From Paraspadella gotoi (taxonomy: Eukaryota; Animalia; Chaetognatha), in assembly GCA_051294375.1 (NCBI GenBank), contig CM119267.1, positions 14,749,694 through 14,813,693 on the forward strand: a stretch of 64,000 nucleotides of DNA, given 5' to 3'. The position numbers were made by a program, and so were the translations under genes. Shown piece after piece: positions 48,376 to 62,249 of this stretch. The number at the start of each line of letters is the position of its first letter. Within the stretch, counting starts at the first letter, position 1. Under the pieces are notes generated by a model that was not told where the DNA came from, searched no databases, and was given only the letters and a program-made list of their open reading frames with translations.

Positions 48376-51077
48376 GTCACTTCAAAACAAACCAAAAAAA
48401 ACAAAAAACAAAGCCGTTAATTTTGAGGGATAATAGCGGTGTAGGATATTAATAATTAGCGTCAAACGGTAAAGCATTACGCAATTAACAGAAGAGAACG
48501 ACAGGGCTTTCGAACTGATTACGGGCGTTTCCACAGTTAAAAAAAGTATTGAAGGAGCCTTATGCTGGGAGACAGTAGCGTTGAACGAGCTTTCGGGAAC
48601 GGTTCAGCAATTAAGCCAGGTGAAAGTCAAAATCAGACAAAAATATTAATTAATTCATTAATTTACATCATTCATTAGCAATAATAATAAATTATTCACG
48701 CAGGAAGAAAAAGGTAAAATAAAAAAATAGTTTTAAAAAGTTTGTTAACTTTTAATTCGAATTTTGACTCCACAGCTAGCACTTTTAAGTTCGTTCCCAC
48801 GATTCAGTTCGTGATTGAAGATCAGCCGATCTCTACCTGACGGCTTTTCAGTCCTAACATTCGGGACAGATGAGTATAGAGGCTTCGAATCTTTGGACAG
48901 TAACGGCCTCCTGGGTATCGCGCCGAGCTTAGTCTGTGGACGCCGTTTATGTGGCGGACCGTTAAAGTGGGGCAGTGGCCAGTTCGGGGCGGGTTTTGGA
49001 AAGAAACTGGGAATTCCGTCGACTCTCTTGGGAGGGACCGTTACCGACACGGGCACTACCGTCTGTTGATCCCGCTTCTCGGCCAGAGGCGATTTCGGGA
49101 TCAAACTGGGCGTCGACTCGGACAGTCGACCACCGAGGGAGCCTCGCGGGGCAAGCTTCTTGGCCCCTAGAACCGTGGGTCCAAGGAAAAGGTGTAATTT
49201 CGACAATTTAGCTATAATCTCGACAAAATTTTGGAACATTCCTCTAAGCTATAATTTCCAAAAAACGAGACAAAAGACAATCAACACGATATAACCTCAT
49301 ATGATATATCCTAATTTCATCTCGTCCTATTCTATCCCCGCCGATTCAAGTAATTCTCACCGGAAAATGCCGGAAGTGGCCGGGACATCCCCGCGTTCTC
49401 CGCTATCCTTCTTCTCTCCGCCTCCTCGATGAGCCAGTGCTTTTCCGGCGCTTCCCCGCTCCTCATTCCCGTCACTGGAGCGAGCGGTGAGTTCTTCTTG
49501 TTCGACGAAGTCTGGGCGGCGTCTTTTCTACGAGCGGGGCTCGAATCGACGGGGCTTGCGTGGCCCGGGGAAGCGGCTGGCTGCGTCGAGGGCACGGGAG
49601 CGCCGGGTCCGGGCACAGGACCCGACTGGTTTGACGACGACAACTGAGGTTGGTTTCGAAGGAAGTTCATTTGTTCTCTTTCTCTTCGGAGTTTTTCCGC
49701 TTCGGCCGCCAGGAGCTCTTTCTCGCGACGAAGGCGGTCCTGATTGAAGACGAAAACAAAAGGCATTAGATTAAATACCTTGAATTCATTTTTAACAGCA
49801 GTAAGAAACAAAACAAAACATGACTTGAAATTATAAGTACCTCTTCTGCTTGCAATTGTTTTTCTCTCTCGTGAAATTCGTATTCCTCGAAACGTTGCCT
49901 TTGTTTTTGTAAAAAGTCTCTGTGGGAAGGAAAAATTATTTTTTTTAAAATAGAAATTAACAAGTCAGTAAAGTTAAAAAGGGTAACACTTAACTTTTTA
50001 CTTACATTTTTTTCCTGTCGGAGATTTCTGCCTCGGATTCAATCATATCCAACTCCTTCTGAAAGTAATTTTGTTCCAAACGGATCGACTCTTGGTCTTC
50101 GTCGTCGAAGGCGTCTTGAAGAAGGTCGGCCGGTTCCACCGCCGGCGCGGACGGCCGACTGGGGGCCAACGGTTGACTTCGAGAAGTCGGAATCATCGAC
50201 TTCGGCGCCGCTCGACTGACGGGTAATGGGCGGTGATCGAGCGGCGACGGTTGCTCCGGCTGTTTGGGATAAGCTGGACGATGAGTCGGTTTCGCCGCCA
50301 CGGGAGGAGGACCAACTTGATCTTTAATCCTGCAGACAAATATCGAAAGAAGCCTTTTACAAATTGTAATACAATGAGATCGAATTCGAATACTCACCTC
50401 TGCTCTCCCATCGGCATTCGAGAGTCATTTTTCAGCTGCTCTCTTCTCCTCTCCTCATCCTTCGACCTCTCCTCCATTCTTAGGACTTCCTTCATTTTTT
50501 CCTCTTTTCTCCTTTCCTCCTTCCTCTTTTCTTCCTCCTTCAACCGCTCTTGTCTCATTTCCTCTCTTATCCTCTCCTCTTCGATTTCTTTCAACCGTTC
50601 TCTCGCCTTCTCGTCTTGCGCCCGTCTCTTTTCCTCCAACTCCTCCCGGTTTCTCCTCTCCGTCTCCCTCTCTTCCTCGTCTCTCTTCTTCTTCAATCTC
50701 CTCTGTTTTCCTTCTTTATCCAATCTCTCAGCCTCCCTTCTCCTCGCCTCCATTTCTTCTTCTTCCGCGTTCAGATGGTCGCTTAGCAACGCTTCCTTGA
50801 ATCTCGCGTTCTCGTCCCGTCGCGAAGGCTGAGGAAGTAGAAAATAGAATTGGGGTTTATAACGAAAAGTAAAATAAAAAAAAACTTGAACACAAGGAAA
50901 GAGGTCGATCGAGATCCGAGATGACGGACGATGACGAGTCGATGATTGACAGATTCAACGATCAGATTTTTATCTCGAAAAATCCAAACGAAAATCGATT
51001 ACCGTCTAAAAATTAAAGAAAGAGAAAATTCCCAAGCGAACAAAGTCGTTGAAATAATAAAAAAAGACTTAAGAAAA

Positions 51078-51114
<37 letters not shown>

Positions 51115-51282
51115 AATCGATGAAACATATTTGCGAAGAATTAATCCGCAATCGAAGTTGAAAGATTTTTGGCGCGATTCGCTGAACTTTCGACTCGATC
51201 CACGGATCGGAGGAAGCGATCTCCGTTTCGAGGGAGAAAGTTTTAGAGCGAAGGGAAAATTTTAGAGCTTGTTTTGCGCAGA

Positions 51283-51346
<64 letters not shown>

Positions 51347-52707
51347 AGAGAGAAGAGAGAGAGAGAAAAGAGCTCGCGATTGTGTTTCGAATCAGTCACC
51401 TGTCTCGGAATATCTCCCGAATGATGTCGTTGTGGCCCGTGATCGCGCGCGTTATTTCCTTGAGAGGCATCGTCGTGGCTTCGTCTGCGAAACGAGAAAG
51501 AAAGATACGAATAATACAAAAGGTTAATTTACAAATTGGGGGGGAAATAAAGAAAGAGTTTAAAAAACTAATGGATGTAAAAGTAGTTCTTTGAAGAAAA
51601 ATCCAGACTCGGTTTTGGAGAAATAACCAGAGCTTAAAGTCGCCGAATGGCAGAGAAAAAAAAAATCCCGGAAATCTAAAATTTGTAAGAAAAGCTTTCA
51701 AAAAAGGTTCGAAATGGCCAGTTGTGTTTGCGACGACGAAGTTTAAAAACGTTCCAATAAGGGACCCTCTCCAAAAATCACGGTCTCCCTAACCTTTCAA
51801 GCCAAAAAAAAGAAAAAGAAGAGAGGAATTCGAGGGGAAACGCTCCGAGGCAGTTTTTAAGACACAGTGTGTGGGTTAGAAATGAGGATTTAAGACTCGT
51901 TCATCCCCAGGATTTGGTTTCGCGATAGGTGCTTGGTTCTCGAGGATCTTCCCCCAGTGAGAGAGACAGTCGAATCACTAATGTGCGAGAAATGGCGAAA
52001 TCCCGCGAACACTTTTAATCCGCTCAGGGCGAGCAAAGCAGTTCGCCCACGACGCGATTCGTCGCTCGCGGTCCTTCAAAGGGAAGGTTGACAAAAGTTG
52101 AGGGGTTTTGAAGAATTGATTGACCAGATGGTGAACGATAAAAATAAAATGATCACAAAACCAAAAGCGAATCAAAAGGGTTAAAGAAAGACACCAACTC
52201 GAGGATCGAGATCTTAGTTATCTGAATCAAAAATGTAATTTTTCAGGGACTAACACAAAACAAATTAGATAACAGATTTTTTTTGGGGGGGCGACGAAAA
52301 GGATTAGTGGTTTAAAAAATATATATAGGACATTTTAAAAGGTGAAGCAATTTTTGGCTCTTACCCAGATTGTAAGGGTCGTTTCTCCGACGGGATTCCG
52401 TTTTGATTAATATCCGTCAGCCTTCCGTTCGGTTTTCTGGTTCCGCCGCCGCCGTCGCCGCCGCCGCCGCCGCCCATCATAGCCGCATTAACTTCGGCTT
52501 CAAGTTTTCTGGCGGCGTCATTCGTCGTTGCTCTGTCTGGTTCAACTACGTCCGGAGTGGACGGCGTCGATTCTACGCTGTCGGATGGCGTGGCGCTCCC
52601 CGCCCACGCCAGCATCGAACGCTGCTGCTGTCGCCGTCGCTGCAGCAGCTCCTCGCGAGTCAGTCCGGGCATCTCGGCGCAGAGTTCGGCGAAGGTAGCA
52701 TCGGAAA
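46039..52707 (-). CDS. LMO7: LMO7/LIMCH1/Smallish-like LIM-domain junctional protein (3' exons)
   Basis: The C-terminal LIM reads VSGKQGCAFCGLELG|RGAAMVIESLQLFYHLNCFRCCVCHISLG...ADVRVRGNKLHCALCYS. Coiled-coil exons lie at 50398-50830 and 49358-49740, with a HWLIEEAERRR motif and Pro-rich exons. Confidence 0.78.
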
Positions 52708-53857
52708 CTGAAAAAAACGAATCGGGGGAGGGGAAAATAAATGTTAAATTTGACCTCGTATAAAAATACGACGTTGAAAATATAGGCGATAAAGTACGAA
52801 TTTTACAGACGGTAACAGATTAAAATCTGGCTCTCCCTTGACGCGAGTGGGCCGAGAGTTAAAAAGACTCGAAAAGTTTCCAAAATCCCTCTAGTTTTTG
52901 TCGAAAACTTTTAGGGCTTAATCAACACGAAATTAATTATTCTCCGCCGCATATAAACAAGAGCGAGAAATAGGGCAGAACGAAAAACTTTTTTGATGTT
53001 TTTATTTGTGTTTTAGCGGATAGGAAAAACATTAAAAAAAGCATTTACAAAATAGGTTCGTTCAGCCCCGACCATTTATTTTCTCGAGGTTGGGATGGAA
53101 ATTAGTGTTTCGATTGGAGTAAATAATACGCCGCCTCGACCCTCGCTTTTTCTCCATAGTCAAAAGTGCGAAGAAAAAAAATTGAGTTTGAATTTGAGAA
53201 AGAAGGAAGAAACTCGATCGAATTTTTAAAATCGCCAGGGAAAAAATAAAATACAAAAGAGATCGTGATGGCTTTATTTTTCTTCATAGAAAAAAAAATT
53301 GTGGGTAAAAAAAATGTTGGGAGGGGAAAACGAATTGAAAAAACTGTGAAAACAAAAAGTCAAATCGTGACCCAAAATTGGCTGTCAAAATTATAAGCAC
53401 CGCGGCGCCAAAGAAGACCTCTTCCCCCTTACACAACACCTTTTTTTTTGCAAATATTTTTTTTTACCTTTTTGATCAACTGCCTATTCGAAATTTTTTT
53501 ATATGAAACCATCTAAGCGCCCACTTATTTAAAAAAAAAATTGTAATCTTAAAAAAATATATTCTGGTTATCAAATCAATCAATAGCCTAGTTTTAAAAA
53601 TACGTTCACTGAGCTCATAAACTACTCACTTCAAGTGTTTTAAAAAAAACTTTTAAGGAAAAATGTTAAATCCGTAACATTTGCGAAAAGAAACGACAAT
53701 GAAACGTTGAGGACAAAGACGAAACTTGACAGTCGCGTCAGTCGTTGGGTAGACATTGCCAAGTGAAAAAAAGGTCAAGGCCCAAGCCCGATTTAAGCGT
53801 CCTGTCTAAAATTGGGCGCTCGAGAGCGAGAGAGAGCGAGAGAGAGAGGAGGAGAGA

Positions 53858-53909
<52 letters not shown>

Positions 53910-55208
53910 AGAAGCAAATATAGAAACGGGAGACGACTCAAAGAATTCGAGATTCCTCAATATTAGTCCGACAAAATAAGGTATTTCTAACAAAAAAAAA
54001 AAAAGAGTTGACTCGAAGGATCTGAATCGACTTGGATCCAAAACGCGATAGATTTAAGAGCTGAAAACCAAAACAGCAGATGCTTAAAAGGCGGTTCTCA
54101 GTTTAGGGCGGCTGTTGTTATCCATTAGGAGAAAAAAAATTGCCAAAACAATCGGAACCTCTGGAAAGTGAATGAAGAGTATCGTTACGCTCCCCCAGCA
54201 ACCGAAATTCATGGTTACAAGCCGAAGTCAATAATTGGCACTCAAAAGGTTTTAAAATGTAACGCGAAGAAAGTAGAAAAACGAGTTTGAGAAAGTAACG
54301 GGTTTGTAATCTTTTTTTTTGGTTTCGCGAATTCGAAAGAGAAATTAAAAGCATGGAAATAAAAGAAGTAAAAAAATCGAGGTAAAAAGAAAAAAAAAGT
54401 GGAAATGAAAAATGTGGGATCGCCTCGATAAATCACAAAAAATATAAAATTATAAACTCTGGGTTTGGGGGGGGGTGTTGGGTGGAATAGTCGATATCGC
54501 TTGAGTTTTACGTTTTGAGTTAAGATCTTAATTTTATTGTTATATGAACAAATGAAAATAAGCATTTGGAATCAAATTCCGACCAAGGGGCCCACAGACC
54601 GTGACGGCTTAAAAAGCCCTCTCGGAATCCCACGAAGGGAAGGGCCGGGGCCTCGATTCTTCCTTAAAAGTCCCGCCCCGAATCGCAACAGATGGCAACG
54701 GATGGCAACGAAAGAGGAAGAATTAACTTTGAAAGAAAAATAAGGATGAGAAAGTTTACGAAACAGGATTTCTGAAATTTCGAAAAGTAGTTCTTAAATT
54801 AAACTTCAGAAAAAGAACTGGGAAAAAATTGAGAATTTCAATTGGATTTAATCTCCACATTTTTATCAAAACCATAAATCTAAAGTAAAACAAGTTTTGT
54901 GTCTGCCCGGGGATCAAATAAATTTTAATGGATCAATTTCAAAACGAATTATAACAAGTGCGCTTTCCTTGCTCAACGATATATTTAAAAGATTAATCAT
55001 AGTTTACTCTCCTAAATTGCAAAGAAATAAAATATTTATTCATAGCATTTGCATTGGAAAGCGATGAATCTATGAAACAGGATTGGCATAAAAGCGGAGA
55101 AAATTGGGGAAAGGAGTGGTGGAATACCAAACATTCATACATAAAAGTTAATCAAAGAAAAATCACCAATAAAAACTATTAAAAAGTTAAAAACAAAATT
55201 AAACTTAC

Positions 55209-56466
55209 TGTCGGAGAGTTCCTCGTCGGAGCAGATCGAATTCGCCGCCTTCCTCGGAGTCTCGTTCTGCGAAAAAGAAAACGAAAATTTCGTTTTAAAT
55301 TCATCAACGATGCTCATTTGTTGAAAATCTTGTCTCTTGGAAATTCCGGACTCGAACGCCGCGCGGCGTCGAGGAATAGAATCTACCCCCGCCGGGGGCC
55401 CCGGGGGAGAGACGGGACTGAAGGATGGTTCGAAGAACAGAAATCGGGCGGGGGAACGAGCCGAGGGCAAGGGAGAAAGGAGGTTTAAATCGGAGAATAT
55501 TTTAGGCGACTGTTGAACTCGGTCGAGAGAATTCTCTTCGGCGGAAGGTGATAGACAATTTCTTTTTTCGCATCGCGGCGATTTGGGTAATTTTGGATTC
55601 AAATCCGGAAGGCTACGATAAGACTTCAATGCCGCTGTTTCGGAGTTAGATTCATCAGCGGTACAAACTGATTTCATGTAAGAGACGGGACACTTTTGAC
55701 CAGATAAACGATCTTTTTTTGTAGCCAAAACCGCTTTGAGTTCGTCGATGAGGGAGGCTTGGACGCTGGTGCCACAGGAGGCTTTAGATGAGCCTGTTAA
55801 TGAGGTGGAGGTACGCAGGGAAGGACGTCTCAGTGAATTATTTCTGGAAGGATCGTTGCTATAAGTCGACGAAGCTTTTGAAAAGTTAGAAGCTTCTTTT
55901 AACTTTGTCCCTGTGTTGCAACCAAAAGTGGAATTTTTTTTCAAAGAAACTTTGCAAGTCGGAGATTCGAAAAATTCGCGTTCGTCGGCGACAGAAAAAT
56001 TCTGAGTCTGCGACCAAGGGGCCGTCGGCGGCGGCGGCGGCGGCGGCGAGGGAAAGCTCTCCGAAATCGAACCGAGTTGGGTCGAACGTGGGTCTGGAAA
56101 CGGCGGCTGCGGTGGGGAAAGCAGTGGCGGCGGCGGCCCCGGCGAGGTATGCTTGAAGGAACTCGTTTCTTCCCGCGAGGGATGGAGAGAAAGTGGAAAG
56201 GATTTGCGAAAGGATTTGAATTCCATTTTCAATTTCGTCACTTCGCGGGCGACGTCGAGGGACTCCTCGTCGGTGTCACGAGGTCGCCCGGCGTTCTTTC
56301 TGGCGTCAAAAGATCGAACGTTTTCGCCCGCTTTTTCGACCGGCAAATGGACGATCGGCGATTTTTTATGCACAAATTCCGCGAAAAAGTTTTCGTCGTG
56401 AAAGTTTTTCGATAGGGTTGTTTCGGAGGGCGACTCCGAAATCGGGGACAAAGACATTCGAGTCAT
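55209..56466 (-). CDS. Large Ser/Pro-rich exon, probable alternative first exon of the LMO7-like gene
   Basis: The ORF from MTRMSLSP ends at A|GTAAGT (phase 1), which matches the acceptor at 52707 in frame with MPGLTREELL. Confidence 0.55.
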
Positions 56467-56717
56467 TCTCGATTTTACAAGCCACAAGAGTAAGATAAAG
56501 AGAATGAGATCCGAAGCGAAAGGGTGAGTTCTGCGGCGCGGAACGGTAAGGGCTAAAGCCCTTCTTTGAGCTTTCGGTGTTCGATTTTTCAAAAAGATTC
56601 GAAAGGAGGAGAATAAAACGAAACGGACGTTTGTTTGTGAATTGAGTTCGGGTGAAACTGGGCCGATTGACAAACGGGAAAATAGGGAAATAACGGACCT
56701 TTACTGCTTCAGGTATT

Positions 56718-56759
<42 letters not shown>

Positions 56760-57353
56760 GTGACCATTGTTTTCACGGTAGGGGAGAATCGATTCCAACT
56801 TCTGCATAGATCGCTGGATAAAATGAAGATATTCTCTCCTTCATTTTCTAACGGATGCAATGTTTTTATTAAAACTAGCTTTTATTGTCAAAATTTGTTA
56901 TTCTTCCCCCAGCTCAAAAAATTTATAATGAGAAAACCATTTTTTAATCTTAACAAATCGTTACAAAATGAATCTGTAAAAAATTAGAAAAAAAAAAGGT
57001 CCATGTCATCCCTAAAGAGACTCGACAACGACCTCGCGAACCGGAAACAAAAACGGTGTCCTTTATCGCCAAAACGAGGGTTCCGATTGGTAAATGCCGT
57101 TGACCACTTTCCCTTTATGGACCGACCGGGCGCGAACTAAAGCGAAAACTTCGATCGGACGATTGGTTGAGTTACGGACAGGTAGGACGACAGTCACTCT
57201 GCAGGAAGTCCCGCTTGAACCATGAACAGAAAAAGCAAAAGTGAAACATTTTTCGTACCCGAATATAGCCATGCGCCAGGGAAATCAACGTCATGCAAGG
57301 GTATAATTTATAAAAGAATTTGAGGGGCAAACATGAAAGTTATTTTGAAGATG

Positions 57354-57702
<349 letters not shown>

Positions 57703-60700
57703 GGTGGGTGCCTCTGACTTTTCACGAAACAAGTATTGATTGGGGATCAAAACGGTCAAGAAGGTCGTTTCCGACTATTTTACTATTTATTCTTCATTAC
57801 TTTAATATTTGTTCTCGACTGATTCAATATTTGTAGTTGGAAAAAAAGTTCTTTTTTGTTTCTTTTCTGTAGAAGACATTAAATAAAAACCACAAATGAC
57901 GAACGATGACGAAGATAATACCTTGAACGAAATTTAGGGCATTATTGTACGTATTGCTCAGAGTTTGCTAACCGTCAAAATCCTTAAACGGACGAAGAGA
58001 AACCGACTTTGCAACAAAGAAGACCTAAGCTTCGCCTTTTAGCGCCGAACTTTGACTTTTGACATGTCAGAACTAAAGAGTGAAGGGGACGGGTTTTAAA
58101 GCATAGGCGTCACATCCGAGTCACAATGTGACAAGGTTCTAAAACGTCACGACTCACGATCCGCGAAATGTTGTGATTTTGGTCTACGATGAGCTTGGTC
58201 GCTAGGATTTTTTCTAGAAAAAACAATTTTTATATTGGTTGTACCAATTTCATAGTTCCGTGTCAAATTAATTTAGTTTTGACGAGAAATGTTGCGTTTT
58301 TAAGGAAGTCTCGAATCGACGCCCGGCCTTGAACCCGAAACATCACGACCACCGGGCAATAACTCCACAAAGGACAGAACGAAAGTCACAAAAACCTCAC
58401 TAATGTCACGACTTCTAAAAAAGCTCGGGCTTTCGCGATCGGAGACACGAAGCGGGAGAATTTTGGCTATCCACCCAGATTGAAGGGAGAGGGAGAGATG
58501 AGAAAGAAAAGAGTGAGAGTGTTAATTTTACAAATTCAACAACAACTCGATACCGTCAAGATTGCCAAGAGCGTTCGAGAAAAAAAAAAAAAGAAAAGAA
58601 AAGAAAGTAACAACAAGAAGGACGAACCTGATTGGCGTCGAGATCGAAGGGCGAATCGTCGCTCGATCCGAAGTCGAGCGACCGCAAGGCTTTGAGGCCA
58701 CGAAGGCCACCGTTGGTTCGGGCGGAGGGGATGGCCTGATGTCGCGTGGACGGAGGGTTGGGGGGGGGGGGTTGAAAAGGGGGCGTTGGGGGGGGGGTAT
58801 TTGTTAAATAAAGCGAACTTTCGACTTTTTTTTCCCTGCTTTTTATTTTTTTTTCCATAAATTTTTTGCGTCGCGTTAGTTTTTCTTTCTCCAGAAATTT
58901 TGAAAAAGCGTGGATTTCGGGTATTTTCTTTTTTTCGTTTTTCAACTCGGAATGTCACGTAAATCCATTTTTTTAAAAAAAAAAGGCTATATATTTATTT
59001 AATGGTTTTTGTGGGAGTTGAAAGGAATAAACTCGAAAGCGGTAGGTAGGTAATTTTTTTTTTGCATGCGAATATGCCCCCGGCACATTCCAAAAATATG
59101 AACAAAACAACTTGCAACCAAGTTGGCAATTTAATCAAATAACTTCACCTGTGGCAGATCGTCATCCTCGTTGAGAAGTAACGTATTCTCGTTGTGATTC
59201 ATCCTTTGAGGACTTGGGCTTTTTGAGGAATCAAACATTTTTGGAGACGACACCTCCTGATCGAAAGAACCAAAAAACGTGACGTTAATTATGAAGATAT
59301 TTGGTAGCTTCCCCTCCCCTCTTCCACAAATGTCCCTCTGAGCTTTTTGTTTTTTTTTAATCTTATTTTTGAGTAATTTTTAGTTTTTACCCGATCGTCG
59401 AAAAATATCTCGGGAGCATCGCGTCGCTCTGGGATCTCGTTAAGGCCGAAGGAATCGGGCAAAAAAAGGGAAATCGGATACGACGAGATCTTATTTTCAT
59501 CTCAAGGCCTCACTCAGTCTAGCTCGACTCGACCTCTACTACGCCCCCGAGTAGAATTTTTCATCATCGTTAAATTCTCTCTGGAAAAGGCCGGAGCCAC
59601 ATGATGCCAACTAACCTTGGGCGCACATTTGCATCCATTAATTAGTAATTACTATCACATTCTATATACATCAAGCCGTTGAATTTCGTTTGCTATTAAC
59701 CCCCACCTCTAAATTAGCTTTTCGATTGAGCCCCGACGCATCCCCCTCTCGGTCGGATTTCTTATCCCTTACCACATTTTTTGAGCCACCCTCCACCTCT
59801 CCGTACTATCTATCCCTTATCTTAGCTGGGGGCGAATTTCACGCCAAGTCAAGGCCAACGTTTTGAATAATAACCGAGATAACTTAAACGTGCCTTCTTT
59901 CCCGTTTAAGAGATCTGTTTTTTTAACGGGAGAAGATATACGTCGTATATTTATAATGAGACCCTGTATATATTTTTCATTTTGAATTTAATTTAAGGCG
60001 AAAGAAAGAGAGAAAGAACTTTGTATTGTGTTTTATTAAACACTTCGAAGAAACTATTTAACGTTCGCCTGGTCGGATAATTACTATGAAAGATTAAATA
60101 AGTAAAAAACAAGAGAAACATTCTCAGTCGATCAAATTAAAATTAGAGGAAGATCAAAGAAGATAGCGAAATGATCAAAAGAAGAGAGAGAAGAAAAAAG
60201 AAAAAAACGAAAGAGAAAAAAAATAAAGAAAGTGAAAATAAAAAATAAAATATGTTAAATTGTGAAAGAGTTGTAATGAGACAGAAAATTATAAATGTAA
60301 TCTTAGAAGACGTAGATTCTTGAACAAATTTGATCGAAAGCTCGCCTTTCTTGTAAAAGAGACGCTAATTATCTTGAGAGATAACGACTAGACTTGAGGC
60401 AAGGTTATGGCCTCAGGAAAGTAATGAAAGTGTAAAAGATTAACGATTAAATGAGAATTTGACAAATTATGACGAAGGAAATTTTATCGAAGGTAAATTT
60501 TGTTCTTTTCGATACAAAAACTGAGATATTGATCCAAGAAATTAAAACATTAAGACAGATTACCTGTGAATTTGGGAATTTTGTCAATATCTAGGAACAT
60601 CCACAAAAAAACTTTTTATATTATTTCTCGGTATCGAAGTTTTAACGAATTATTTTTTTCTCTCGTTCCAAAACTTTTATCTCAATTGCGTCTCTGATGA

Positions 60701-61252
60701 CTTAACACTAAGAATAGAGAATGTCTCGGGCCTCGGGAGTGAACTCGGGCCTCCAGTGGGAACGAATAGCTCCGTGCGACATCAAACAGGTTTTGGTAAT
60801 AATAAGCGCCAAAGGAACGATATCCTTCGCAGTAACTGCCGATCGAAAATGGGATTTCTCTCTTGACTTTCTTTCATTTATTTTCTTTATTCTTTTCTTT
60901 CTCCCTCTCATTAAGTCTCTGACTTATTTCACGCTTTCTCCCTTTCAAGAATTCGGCCGAGGAGACAGAATGTCGACGTCTCAATAATTAATTCTTTTTT
61001 TTCTCTCAGGTTATTAAAATGATGATTAAGCTTAATAAAATCTCAAACGATGAAATATTAGGAGCGTCTTTTCACTTGGGTGGTCAAGACTAAGAGATAA
61101 CAAGATAACTTTTACCGTTTTTTTAGGGAATACGTACAAAGCATAAAATGCTTTACTCTCAGGGCACAATTACACGGTAATGCGCGAGAAATTACTAATT
61201 AAGGGGAAAAAAGAGCTATAAAATGGGAGGACAGACGAAGGGAAGAAGGGAA

Positions 61253-61293
<41 letters not shown>

Positions 61294-61804
61294 ATCATTC
61301 TAGTACCCATTTTCACATAGCCCGTTTCATCTATTTTAAGTGGCAAGAAAGCGAGAAAAAAGTTTAAAAAGAAAAAAAAAAAAGGTTTCCACGGAAGGTA
61401 TACGGATTGACGGAAATCTCCCCGGATGTAGCAGGAACCGAGCGGAGACGCAGTCACCATGCGCCGCGTCTGAATCGCGGAGGCGGAGTCTGAAGCAGCG
61501 GAGCGCGACGGGGCTTCTCTCTCTGTCTGCGCGTGACGCGCCGTAAGAAAAATGTTTAGCAAGGTGCAGAGAACTAGTTTTTTTTTCGCATATCGTTAGT
61601 TTGTAAGGAAGCTAAAAATAACCTTAAGTTAACTAGCCCTCAAATTCCTTAGTATTCAATTTATCCAAAAATCTCAGCAGCAAAGATGCAAGAAAATGTC
61701 CGAGTAAAAAAAAAATCCCTGGACCGCGAGTCTCGGGTCACGTGACTTCGCGAACGCGCATCGGCGTGTGCCTTCACGTCTCTAGGCTCCTGAGCTCCCC
61801 CGAA

Positions 61805-61845
<41 letters not shown>

Positions 61846-62249
61846 TGTGTCACTAGACGTAATTGTTTTCTTCTACTTTCCTAGCAAATCGGATATAGAC
61901 TTATTATCGCTTAAATTTCATTCCTTTATAACTTCTTTGGACCATTTTTAATATTTTAACTCGCGTTTTCGTATTTTTGTAATTCTGCGAGAGGAAATTT
62001 TTCCAATTTTCTATGGGGCTCTCCATCGACCATTTTTCTCTTTGTCTCTTCTTTTTATCCTCATTGTGAACCTAATTTTTTTTTCGTGGATTCCATTCCA
62101 TAGTTCGTCTTGTTTACCGTACCTTGACCCAATCAATTTTTCGTTTCACAGAAATGCGTTGATCGTCGATCGATGGAACCATCTTCTCCGGACATCCTTC
62201 GCCAGGGAATGGAATCCTTCGACGATTAAACCTCAACTTCCGCCCGACG

